64,000 nt of DNA from Octopus sinensis. Lineage: Eukaryota. Position 1 is the first letter of the stretch. The number at the start of each line of letters is the position of its first letter. A model generated the notes under the pieces. It was given only the letters and a program-made list of their open reading frames with translations, made no database searches and was not told where the DNA came from. The stretch is from NCBI RefSeq assembly GCF_006345805.1, contig NC_043013.1, positions 31,124,001 through 31,188,000 on the forward strand, written 5' to 3'. Position numbers and translations under genes: made by a program. This document shows positions 1-11,453 of this stretch, piece after piece.

Positions 1-1180
1 CTGATGACATCACTGAATTGTTTGACAATCGCTAGTAAGCCCTTGAGTTGTTGGTCACTTTTTGCAAAGAGCTTTAAATCATCCATGTAAATGAGATGAT
101 TTATATTTTTATCAAACTTATATCCGTACTGCGCGTCATTGAGCAGTTTTGAGAGAGGTATTAAGGCTAAACAGAAGAGGAGCGGTGATAGTGAGTCACC
201 CTGGAAAATGCCACATGAAATTTTTACATCACCAGCATTTAGAGATTCATTATCACTGTTCAAAGTTAGTGTGGTTCTCCATGATCTCATACTTACAGAC
301 AAAACGTTTCGCAGAGCAGGTGCTATCTTATACATTTCTAGGCATTCCCTAATCCAGCTATGTGGTAGGCTATCAGAAGCCTTTTTATAGTCTATCCAGG
401 CTATTGATAAGTTTTTGTGTCGTTTGTGACAATCTTCTAAGATCATCTTATTGATGAGTAGTTGATCTTTACAACCGTAGGATCCACGTTTACATCCTTT
501 CTGTTCATTAGGGAATATGCTGCTGTCTGTCAAGAAACTATAGGTATATTCCGTCAGGACAGATGTTAGTGTTTTATACATAGTTGTTAAGCAGGTTATG
601 GGTCCATAGTTTTTGGGGTCATTTGTTTCTTCACTTTTTGGAAGCAGGAATGTTAACCCATTAACTAGCCAAGGAGGCATACTACTAGGGTGTTGCAAAA
701 CATAATTGTAAAGTTCTGTTAGCAGTTCATGGCTCTCTGGGAAGGCATTCAACCAAAAGTTAGGGATTTTATCCTTTCCTGGAGACTTCCATTTGCTTGA
801 CCTCCTGAGAGCAGATCTTATATCTTCTACCTTGACACCCTCCCACTTTTGCTCTTCTAAGGAGTCCAGTTCTTTAGATATTCTATCAATCCAGAGGGCC
901 TTTTCGCTGTGTGTTTTTTCTTCTGCCCAAATTTTATTCCAAAATCCCTGCACTTCTTCTTTTGATGGTACAGACTTTACAGTAACTGTTGTTTTTCCTA
1001 TCTTCCTGTAAAAATTTTTGGGGTTATTTTTGAACATGTTGTTGTCCCTGAAGAATCTAATACGCTTTTCATACCTCGCTATGCGGGCAGCTTTAGCAGA
1101 TACCTTTTGCTTGATGGTTTCTATGGTGGCATCAATATCAAGTATAGTTTTCATATTATATTTTTTCATTAGTTTTTGGG

Positions 1181-1182
<2 letters not shown>
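1..1182 (-). mobile_element. 5'-truncated R4/Dong-clade non-LTR retrotransposon, reverse transcriptase region (continues beyond the window start)
   Basis: Manual minus-strand translation gives an apparently uninterrupted ~390-codon frame: ...WKSPGKDKIPNFW...NYGPITCLTTMYK...EQKGCKRGSYGCKDQLLINK...AWIDYKKASDSLPHSWI...GIFQGDSLSPLLFCLAL...INHLIYMDDLKLFAK. It is absent from the ORF track, probably because there is no stop inside the window. The 5' end abuts a (TAA)n tract. Confidence 0.93.
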
Positions 1183-1242
<60 letters not shown>

Positions 1243-1244
1243 CA

Positions 1245-1278
<34 letters not shown>

Positions 1279-1336
1279 CATTATCATTGTTATTATTATT
1301 GTTATTATTATTGTTATTATTATTATTATTATTATT
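1183..1336. repeat. (TAT/TAA)n microsatellite
   Basis: Trinucleotide run between the two R4/Dong copies; it explains the poly-Tyr ORF 1018..1464. Confidence 0.97.
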
Positions 1337-1804
1337 CAATGTTTGACTTTTGCTTTACATTTGTACAAGATCGCTGCACGTCTCACCCAGAGACCTCAAG
1401 AGACAAGTTGGAAGTTCGTGTTGGTGTTATGCCTGGGGTACAATATATTTGGTTTTGTACTTAGTGTTGTACTAGTAAATGTTTAAGAAACCATAAGAAA
1501 AGTATGTTTGTTTTAAAACTTGAGAGTACATAGAAAGTATTTGCGTAGGATATGAGCAGTTCCCATGAGCACTATCTTTTGAATTTCTGCCATTTTGGGG
1601 TTTCCTGGTATCTGAGTTAGGTAGCAATCAGCCCCTTTTGCTATCATTCCCAGGGCACCTATGACAATAGGTATTGTTTTAGTTTTCAGGTTTCACATTT
1701 TGCTGATTTCTACTTCAAGATCTTTATATTTGCTCAGTTTTTGGTAGGTCTTGACAGAGACGTTTATATCGATTGGGACAGTCATATAAATGAGGAGGCA
1801 TTTT
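1337..1804 (-). mobile_element. Second, heavily 5'-truncated R4/Dong copy: C-terminal restriction-like endonuclease region plus 3' UTR
   Basis: Minus strand reads KCLLIYMTVPIDINVSVKTYQKLSKYKDLEVEISKM*NLKTKTIPIVIGALGMIAKG...EIQKIVLMGTAHILRK (one in-frame stop). A 3' UTR follows and ends in TAA repeats; TAA repeats flank both sides. Confidence 0.88.
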
Positions 1805-1821
1805 TATTATTATTATTATTA

Positions 1822-1885
<64 letters not shown>

Positions 1886-1945
1886 CATTATTATTATTAT
1901 TATTATTATCGTTGTTGTTGTTGCTGTTACTGTTGTTGTTATTGA
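1805..1945. repeat. (TTA)n/(TTG)n microsatellite
   Basis: Seen directly; source of the poly-Leu ORF 1741..1989. Confidence 0.95.
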
Positions 1946-3199
1946 TTATCACCATACTAGAATTTATTTTGGAAGCTTCTTGGGTGTGATTCTTGTAAGC
2001 TTAGAGGTTTACATTTGTGGAATTTGTTTTGTTTTCTCTTGTTAATATATTTATCTAGCACTCTAAAAGTTGGTCATCTATCTTCTTACTGAAACTATGC
2101 GCCAAATTCAGAAAATTTATTTACATAGATAACAACATTTTTCAAGATGGCTTCCATACACTCCTTCTCGCCGGCCAGATTGTTAAGAACTTGGAAGGTA
2201 ATTTTGAAAGTGATACCACGGTTCACGGTCATCAGACCCGACTACACAACACTAAAACCGCAGTATTAATCATCAGTAATTGCTGCAGCCTTAGTAGGAG
2301 CAACACGAACTACAAAAGAACAATAAAAGCAGCAGCAAAACAACAAAAACTATGTCAGTGTAGGTCATTTCCTCACTCACAGAATTGCTGACGAGATGGG
2401 AAATTCGTTGAAACCTCAGTAATTCTCTGATATTAGGCTGTGGTGGTGGCCATCGAGATTCTACCCCCAAACAAACAAGGAAAAATGAGAGCAGCAATAA
2501 AACAAGAATAACAGCAGCAGTAATGAAAGCAGAGTTAAAAATCATTCATTTGCTGGTGTTACCAAAATTGTGATGTAGTCCACTGGATAAACGAAAAAGC
2601 AAACAGTGACACAGAGAAAAAGCAGATCGGCACATTAAAAGCTATTCCTCAGCGGTAAAGCAGATGTGATGAACACTTAAACATTTATTACCGTTTGACC
2701 GTCGTGCTTTATCCTAGTGCTGGTCTTACTAGACTGGAACGTTTGCTCACCCGCTTTTTGTGAAAAGTAGGCTGCTCAGACGTCCGATTTGTTCTTAACA
2801 CTCGCTGTGTTCAGGACTGGACATGTGACACATGATGCGCAAGAATGCAGTGAGGCTACGAGGTCTCCAGCAATTCCTAAATATGGAATAGTTGTGACCA
2901 CCGTTTGTCTGGCACTTATTTATACAGCTTGATTGATTAACAGAGCTGCAGTCCCGAATCAATAAAAGACCGAGATAGAATACTTGCTCTTAGCGCCTGA
3001 AATGTAGAGAAAAGCTTTATAATAATTCAAAGTCTGGCAATGTCTTAGGTGCTGCCTACGAAATAAATCTTTGAGAGATGAATGAGACGGTGAAAATTAC
3101 TAGAATTTATATTTGAGGAGAATGTTATGTTATGTTCGTCATTTTTCTTACTTCTTTTTAAAATAGCCTTAATATGTTAGTTAAAAGAAATGTGCCTGT

Positions 3200-3430
3200 T
3201 TGTCACCGGGGGAGCGAACCGGTAGAGATTCTCTGACGATGAATTTGTAGGTATATTTTTTTGAAGTCAGGTATATTGAAGCACGTTTCACCGGTAACGA
3301 ACCTACACTTTGCGAGCGAGAAGATCCCATTACGCAATATCTCTTTCGTTAAAAATTCGAAGCAGTATGGTCGTTTAAAAAATAGCTTCATATTGTAATT
3401 GGTAGAGTTGCGTAGATGCATCCAGTATAT
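3200..3430 (-). mobile_element. Possible decayed Penelope-like GIY-YIG endonuclease remnant
   Basis: ORF 3203..3421 contains KCRFVTGET...LQIHRQRI, loosely resembling the C..YIGET...R.TVHRQQI signature. Weak. Confidence 0.3.
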
Positions 3431-3990
3431 CGTACAAATGACGAAGTTTCAATTCTCTCAAGCCACCCACACTATTTTTTTTTCTTTTTTGAACAACTGT
3501 TCTCTGTCGGCATTGAATTGCAGTTTCAGTAAATATATTCTGATCCTAAATCCATGTGGAATCATCAACAATGTGGGATATTTATTTTACTCTTATTTTT
3601 GTTTTCGGCAAATCAGATTTAATCTTTTCCCAGTAAGGAAGAGAACTTAATACTGAATAGCATTAATTTTCACTTCGTGTTTAAAATTGTCGAAAATAGA
3701 TTTAAGAGTGTTGTCATTTCCATATCAATTTTTTTTCCTTCTGATTTCAATAAATCTTTTCCTCAATGCCTTCTCTCACTTTAGGCCTTTTATGTAACTA
3801 AACAATGTCTGCAAAGCATTCCCGTGTAGAACGCTTTTAAGCATAACTTACCTGGATCAGCGCAAACAGAGGCTTAAGAAGAAAGTTTAACAAGTTCTAA
3901 AACTACTTCAGCACAAAGAAAGTGATTTTGAGGGGATGTGAATGAATTTGCTACTATCAACTCCATTAATTTTTTACTTCGATATTTTAT

Positions 3991-5553
3991 TGCAAGGTGG
4001 CATCACAACGTTCCTGGACTAGTTATGTTTAATAAAAAATATGGCGGATTTACCATCATGCCCTTCAACATAGTCACTTGGTGCAGCAATATACCGGTCC
4101 GTAAGCGATTTGAGGACCTTCTGCGATTCGCTCTTGATTTCGAGAACGACGTTAAAACGGAGACCTTTGAGCTGGATATTTATCTTCAGGTAGAGATAGA
4201 AGTCCACAAATGGTAAATCTAGCGAATAAGGCGGGTATCGAAACGATACCATGTTGATTCTGACGAGAAACTTATGAGTGAGGAGAGCTCGGTGATAGTG
4301 TGCTATGTCGTCGTTAAGAATCCGATTTGTCGCCGAAAGTCCTCTCTCAAACACTTCAAAACGTCGCAGTACAACACTGGATCGACGGTTTGGCCCTCGG
4401 GGGACTGATCCCTGATGCACAATCTTACCGATGACGAAAAAACGGATGAGAATCCTCTTGATTCAGCTATGGCTCTATCGTGCCATTTTCGATCGTTGGG
4501 TAAGGGGTTGTTCCATTGTGACGACTGCTGCTTCGATCCGGAGTCATGCTCGTAGACTTAACCCTCGTCAACGCTGACGATGCACGACATGATGGATTGG
4601 TCATCAGCAGAATGCTGAAGGCGATCTTCGCAGACTTCGACGCGATGTTCTTTTCGGACAGTGGTCAGACAGATACCAAATGTTCGATTCAGACTTTAGG
4701 ATTGCTTGCACAGACCAACAGCATCAGCAATGTCTTTTAATCAGAATTTAGCATTGATTTGATCCTGTTTTGTGATAAAGTTTAACATCTGTGGGCGTCG
4801 TACAGCCCCTGTCAAGTGAGCCGTACTTGTTTCACGGAAGCCTGAATATAAACCATTTAAACATCCGACAGCTGCTTCTGCAAATACAGAGCCTCCAATG
4901 TGAGAGAAAGCTAGTTCAAGTCTACCACGTTGTCGACTTGCACCTTCTGGGAAAATGAAGTCTGATCCACTGTCAATTCCAATATACGCTGGATCGAAAA
5001 TTGGGTACGGTGACATTACATTACACATGCCCCCAGCCGAAACTCCAGCTGACGTAGTTAGATCAGAACTCGAATATGGATTGAAGAATGTTATTCTAGA
5101 TGAAGGATCTAGAATCTGTCCATTTTTCTTTTCGCCCTCAGACAAATTTCATGTACAAGCTGATGAATTATCTCCACGATTCCAATGGTGATTCTCGTGA
5201 CATATCTTCCAGATCATTCATTGTCTTCTATGGATGTTCTTCCGATCTTGAAGCGCCCTTGACACTCGCGTAAGCTTACCAAAGCGTGCTCAATGACTCT
5301 ATATCAGGCTTCCCAAATTTAACGCAAAATTTCATGTTTTTTATTCTTTCTGTTCGTGGTAAAATTGCAGACTACATCATATACGTAAGCACAAAATCCA
5401 AATTTCGACAACTTGCGATGTAAATACAACGCTGTCACTCAGCACACTGGCTCATGAAGGTCAGTACTATTTCTCACTGCGCACGCAACCGTGTGCTGCT
5501 ACCTTTCGGCGCGTCACAGAACTAGTACGGGAACTTTTTGACACCACCTTTTA
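3991..5553 (-). mobile_element. Decayed mariner (DD34D-type) DNA transposon with both TIRs, interrupted by a TIM23 fragment
   Basis: TIRs at 3991-4024 (tgcaaggtggcatcacaacgttcctggactagtt) and 5520-5553 (reverse complement taaaaggtggtgtcaaaaagttcccgtactagtt) match at 26/34. Collinear transposase pieces with stops and frameshifts: NMKFCVKFGK...RFKIGRTSIEDNE*SGR...IHQLVHE | KDIADAVGL...LTTVRKEHRVEVCE...IVSVDEG*VYEHDSGSKQQSSQW...YPPYSLDLPFVDFYLY...IAAPSDYVEG. Confidence 0.9.
4741..5145 (-). pseudogene. TIMM23: Intronless, 3'-truncated copy of mitochondrial import inner membrane translocase subunit Tim23
   Basis: The ORF reads MSPYPIFDPAYI...DFIFPEGASRQRGRLELAFSHIGG...AAVGCLNGLYSGFRET...RRPQMLNFITKQ, collinear with animal Tim23 (LSPYLNVDPRYL...EFILPTGANKTRGRFELAFFTIGG...GAAFGAMNG...QILNMVTRQG, recalled from memory). 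The start codon is TTG, similarity stops at about 4765, and the C-terminal transmembrane helices are missing. Confidence 0.88.
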
Positions 5554-6131
5554 TACCCCGACACCATAAAGACTAAATGGACACCGGTGACTTTTAACAC
5601 AGAATATACAGAGTTGTTATAGATAACATAACGCGTTAATTCCGATGTTTTAATCGTTCAGTCATACCGCAAGATTAGTGATAATAATGACGTCAATCGG
5701 CACCAAGAACAGTGAAGATACAGACATCACACCTAAACACTGCAACATACGTATAAACAAACAGATACATTCATACACACGGGCACACACAGACACATAT
5801 AATTAGATACACACACAGACACATATATGGATACATATTTGCATATTATATATGTGTGTGTGTGTGTGTGTGGATAAAATGAGATAAACGCAGATTTGTA
5901 ATTGCAAAGAGTAGCACGGAAAGCAATCTACATAGTGAAATAATTCATAGCTTATTATAAAACGAAGGCTTCTTAATTATCTAAGTACATATCAAGGACA
6001 CAGAATTGCACAACACTCAGCCAAATGCCTACACAAATATGCATAAAAACACACCAGCACACAGACATATATACCTACGCGCACACACACACAAACACAC
6101 ACGTATATATATACACACATATGTATAAATA

Positions 6132-6194
<63 letters not shown>

Positions 6195-6252
6195 ATATAT
6201 AAATACATACATATGTATGTATGTATATATATATGTGTGTATGTAAGTATGG

Positions 6253-6349
<97 letters not shown>

Positions 6350-6697
6350 ATATAACATATAAAGAAGTGTGGGGGATGAATTATTCAACAGTGGTCTGAG
6401 TTGGTTGATAACGAATTTCTTAATAATCAGTTAATATCCTCGCACAAAATGTTTGAAGTTGGCGATTCTTGGAACGATTATTCAAGTATGATTTCTCTTC
6501 ACATTCTCGTTAACCATAATGGGTGAATGTCATTCATAGTTGTAGGTGAATAATCGTTGATGAATTTTTGATCAGGAAATCTTTTGTACTAGATTACTTA
6601 GAGAAATTCCATTTATGAACAGATACACACACTCAGACACACACGCGTATATATATATATATACATGATATATGTAAGTCCATATATATATAATATA

Positions 6698-6763
<66 letters not shown>

Positions 6764-7055
6764 AGCACAAACACATACGCATACATACATATAATATAAT
6801 ATATATTATATATATATATATATGGTAACTTGTTCTTCCAAAAACTTGTTTCACAATTTTATACAGCATATTATAATCACCTAATCACCTAGTCTTTTTT
6901 TTCCACTGCGCAGACTACTGGCGATTGGAGATGCAGCCTGGTACTATTATCAGCGTAGATTGTTAACAATCTATCCGTTTTGTCAGTCTCTTTTTTAATC
7001 ACCAAACACACACACACACGCACACCCACACACACACACACTTACACACACACAT

Positions 7056-7096
<41 letters not shown>

Positions 7097-7106
7097 CATA
7101 CATATA

Positions 7107-7267
7107 GGGGCTGGTGTAGCTCAGTGGTAAGATGCTTCCCTCCCAAACACATGGTTCCAGGTTCTGTCCCACTGTGTCACCTTGGGCAAGTGCTTTGTAC
7201 TATAGCTGCAGGCTAGGCAATGCCTTGTGAATGCATTTGGTTGACGGAAACTGAACGAAACCCGTCG

Positions 7268-7270
<3 letters not shown>
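7107..7270 (+). mobile_element. tRNA-derived SINE (family A in this window), 5' half
   Basis: Box A/B-like head (tagctcagtggtaag...ggttctgtccc) then ccttgggcaagtg...gacggaaactgaa; aligns by eye with the copy at 11897-12311. Confidence 0.75.
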
Positions 7271-7314
<44 letters not shown>

Positions 7315-7720
7315 GTGTGTGTGTGTGCATGTATGTATTTGTGCGTCTGTGTTTGGGAGCTTTAGAAGAAAATATAGTCTATAGTATAAGATGTACACAG
7401 GGACGTTGCAGTAACAAGACAATGACATACTAGAGGAAACGGCACGGAGCATAGGAGAGCGGGTAAAGGCCAATTGGCGGGAACTTAATGAAGAGAAGAG
7501 CTCATCGGTTCTGCCCAGCACGCTGAGCAGGAACACGAGGGTTCACTTAACAACAGAGAAGTTAAAATCTTCTCCACACAGAACAGACGCAAGAACTCTG
7601 GCCGAAATAAGATTAAGATTAACGTAAAAAATTTAATAAAGCTGAAGCAAATTAACACCAAATATATAGTGCGTGTGTTTTTGTTGGCTAAACTGGCAAC
7701 ATGACCATCCCTAAAGACAA

Positions 7721-7756
<36 letters not shown>

Positions 7757-7759
<3 letters not shown>

Positions 7760-8340
7760 TGATTGATTGATTGATTGATTCTAGTTTCAGCTTATGAGCT
7801 GTGGCCATGCTGGGGCACCGCCATTTGGTGTTGCTACTTGGTTTCACTTCACGAAAGCTTTCTAGCAACTGCCATTTGGTGCATGAGAGAGTTCAATGCA
7901 GCTGCCCTCATCTGCCCCTCCTGCCGTGAAGTTGGTTCATCTGGGACACCAGACAGGAAGAGATCCAGCTTCATTTTAAAGACATCTGCATCCACCCCAT
8001 GCAGGTCTCTCAGGTTCTTCGGGAGGATATTGAAGAGCTGTGGGCCTCGGAAGCCCAGGCTATCACAGAATCTTGTCCTACATCTTGATGGCAAGTTTGG
8101 AGTCCTAGGCACCACGCAGTGGCGCCCAGTTCTGGCATTTGCGTAACTCTCGATGCCAAAGTTCAGGACACGTCCCTCCAGGATCTTCCAGATGTATATT
8201 ATGGCATATCTTTCCCGCCTACGCTCCAGGGAATATAGTTTTAATCTCTTGAGTCTTTCCCAGTAGCTTACATTCTGCATAGAGGCTATCTTCTTCGTGT
8301 AGCTACGTTGGATCGCCTCGAGCTCTGTGATCAACTTGAC
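7757..8340 (-). mobile_element. 5'-truncated CR1/L2-group LINE, ORF2 C-terminus plus 3' tail
   Basis: ORF 7849..8334 reads LEAIQRSYTKKI...SYWERLKRLKLYSLERRRERYAIIYIWKIL...GPQLFNILP...FKMKLDLFL, a typical C-terminus for this group. A 3' UTR with a stem-loop follows and ends in (AATC)n. Confidence 0.88.
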
Positions 8341-8617
8341 ATATATATCGTTTTGGTGAGGAAAACAGAAAAATTAAACTAAAAACATGAGTACATATTT
8401 GTTTTTCTATTAATAACCAGCCTTATAGCTTTATACAGTGGCTGCAGGACGGAGAGATTCATGGGTTGATAATTGCTAACACGCGAAACGCTAGGCCATT
8501 GAATCACCCAGTAACTTTTGCAGGTTATTAAGGAACAACGTGTTTAAATGTTTCATAATTTTCCAGTCATTTTGGTCACAAATGAGATAATCATATGTCT
8601 AAAGGAATTATTTAGAT

Positions 8618-8720
8618 CAGTGGTTTGCAAACATTTCATATTGGCTTCTCAGTGGTTCCCTACCCATTTATTTAAATGAGGTTTCTCACGGACCCCTTTT
8701 TATATCTTTATCCTTATGCG

Positions 8721-8760
<40 letters not shown>

Positions 8761-8862
8761 TGAAATTGTCATATATATGTAATATCGAACTTAGTTCACG
8801 GACCCGCATTACTATCTTTGTGGACCACCAAGAGTTCGTGGACCCCAGGCGCGGAACCACTG
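8618..8862. mobile_element. Small non-autonomous hAT (Charlie-like) MITE
   Basis: Ends are cagtggtt... and ...aaccactg, with internal repeated (c/t)ggacc motifs. The 8-bp flanks atttagat / gtttagga are a partial TSD match. Confidence 0.6.
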
Positions 8863-9589
8863 GTTTAGGACAAACGTTGCAGGACTAAGTATAACTGACA
8901 CGTAGTTGAGTGACGCCATTTAAACTGATGACAGTTTCATTTAGGAAAATGGAATACAAAAGACCGTTTAAGGTTTGGTGGTTTCCGAGTAAGGAAGCGA
9001 TTTACTGAAATATATAGAAAATGTGTTTAGTACTATGGTAGAAGATATTGGGAAAATGTCTCGAAGAACCTTTGAAAAAATAACGTTTACTAGATACTGA
9101 ATCGAAATACTTCTAAAAGTGAAAACATGTAACATATAAGTAATGTATCTCAAAAGATTTAGTGGTTTAATCTCACTATTAGAGTAGTGAAGGGATTTTA
9201 TACGGCCTTATGTTTAAGGAATAGGTGTTTAATCTAGACCGGAATACAAATATTTATTTAATGGATTAAAGTATTAACACATGGAAACTAGCATCTCAAA
9301 TAGAACATAGAGCAATGCATATTGCGAAAGAAAACCTCTCAAGGCTTCCTATGTAAAAGTTTAGTTCAAAAAGATTTCTACATAAAACCTGTAAGAAAAC
9401 TAGATCTATGTAACAGCCTCAGTTGAATAATGCTTGAATCAATACGCATACAGATTTTAAGTAGAGACAACTACAGAGCCAGCATTATACACAAACAAAG
9501 CAGCTAGAGGTAAGCAAGCAAAAATACTAAGCACACACGCGCAAACACAAGAAAAATCAATATGTCAGCAATTCACACACACACACACA

Positions 9590-9625
<36 letters not shown>

Positions 9626-9848
9626 GCATGTATGTATCTATCTGTTGATCTCGCATCACACACACATACCAACGCACACATAAACAAACATAAACGAATG
9701 CATAAATACGCATACAAGTGCACACTTTTATATATACTTTTATACCTATCAACATTTATACACTCATATAAAGTATAAATATATATATACATATATATAT
9801 AAAACAAAATTTGTTTTTCACATGGGTAGAAATATAGGAAAAATACAA

Positions 9849-11190
9849 GTTGAAAATGCACTTAGAATAGTGAAAGTAATTTTTATCAATATATTTAAAG
9901 CTTTAACCGTTTTCACAGTTTACACTGATTTCTTTCAAAATGCTCAAATAGATTGACGTGGCTTCTGTCGCAGCTGTCTTGCTTCTGACTCGTGTTTGAA
10001 TCTTGCCCTATTTTTATAGGGAGTTGATGGCTCAACTTACTATATGTTTTGAAGTGGGTTTCATTGGTAGGGGACAGTCACATGACTGGTCTTAGAAATC
10101 TTTGAAGGTTCCACGCTACGTCCAAGTGTTAGTATGAAATAACAATGCTTGGCATCCTAAGTTAAGGTTGACATAGTTGATTGAACATGTCCGAACAGTC
10201 AGTGCTCTGAAAGTTTTCTGTCGAGTGTTTCTAGAGAATGAACACATCTTTAAGCTTTTAGCATTAAATACATTTCTCGCTACGTCCGTGCAATTGTGTC
10301 ATGTGACTGTATATTTTGCGCCGAAAAGGAAGGCAGGTTCGGTTGAATGAACATGTTTAGTTATAATCAAGCTACTTCAAATTCAATCTGCCTATTGTGC
10401 GAGTGGTCCAGTGACTAAAGTTTACATTGCTAGCTGTGTAGCTTCCTCATGATAGGTTGTAAAATGAGTTTTGTGTGAGAATAGTTATCTGCGTATGTAC
10501 TCTGTTAAAGTCTATCATGTGTTGGTTTATACTTTTGTATGAAAGTATTTTCTTAGTTTAAAGAAAGTATTTTCTTTGTTTAAAGGCGGCGAGCTTGCAG
10601 AAACGTTAGCACGCCGGAAGAAATGCTTAGCGGTATTTCGTTTGCCGTTACGTTCTGAGTTCAAATTCCGCCGAGGTCGACTTTGCCGTTCATCATTTCG
10701 AGGTCGATAAATTAAGTACCAGTTACGCACTGGAATCGATGTAATCGAGTTAATCCTTTTGTCTGTCCTTGTTTGCCCCCTCTATGTTTAAACCCTGTGG
10801 GCAATAAAGAAATATTTTTGTTTATCTGTGCTTCATCTGTGGTATTCGCTGAACATAGGTAGACTGGAAAGACTTGGAATTAGGGAGACTTATTTTTGCA
10901 CGTATGTCTGTGGCCACTCAGTGGAATCTGTGTATGACTGGGGTTTTCTATTTGTTGTCGGCGAATTATCATTCTATACCCTACCAATCAAATCCTATTC
11001 AAAACATATACTAATTTGAGCCATGAAATGCCTATGAAAATAGTGCAAGCTTAAAACACTAGTCAGAAGCAAGATAGCTGCGACATTAGTCACGTCTTTG
11101 TATTTGAAAATCAGTGTAAACTGTGAAACCGGTTAAAGCTTTAAATATATCAATAAAAAATGTCTTAACTATTCTCAGCGCATTTTCAAC
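9849..11190 (-). mobile_element. Penelope-like retroelement remnant with inverted ~170-bp terminal repeats
   Basis: 9849-10020 is an imperfect inverted repeat of 11031-11190. The minus strand between them reads RQQIENPSHTQIPLSGH..TCKNKSP*FQVFPVY...KYFIQKYKP, like a GIY-YIG C-terminus, split by a SINE. Confidence 0.72.
10583..10814 (+). mobile_element. tRNA-derived SINE (family B, Deu/Nin-like central domain), full length
   Basis: ggcggcgagcttgcagaaacgttagc...gagttcaaattccgccgaggtcgactttgcc..tcatc..ttcgaggtcgataaattaagtaccag...aataaagaaata, with an approximate TSD tatttt(c)tttgttta. A closely similar copy lies at 52111-52336. Confidence 0.88.
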
Positions 11191-11365
11191 CTCTGTTTTT
11201 TTTTTATATATATATACACTATGTGTAAATATCCTTGCACATAGTCACTATAATCTGCCTGAAGTAGTTAAAAGCGATAGCTATATGCATTAATGTCGAA
11301 CAAAACACTCTCACCAAACTATTAATATATACATATGTGTATGTATTTGCGTATATATATATATA

Positions 11366-11416
<51 letters not shown>

Positions 11417-11420
11417 TATA

Positions 11421-11453
<33 letters not shown>

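Noticed and set aside
139-1464. Plus-strand ORFs 139..390, 149..352, 793..1011 and 1018..1464
   Set aside because: Antisense shadows of the R4/Dong RT frame plus the TAT repeat.
4741-5145. Functional TIMM23 gene or exon
   Set aside because: TTG start, missing C-terminal helices, substitutions at conserved residues, location inside a transposase, and no further Tim23 exons recognised in the window.
7350-7722. Possible solo LTR (ends ...acaaca, contains AATAAA)
   Set aside because: No second copy, primer-binding site or definable TSD; too weak to call.
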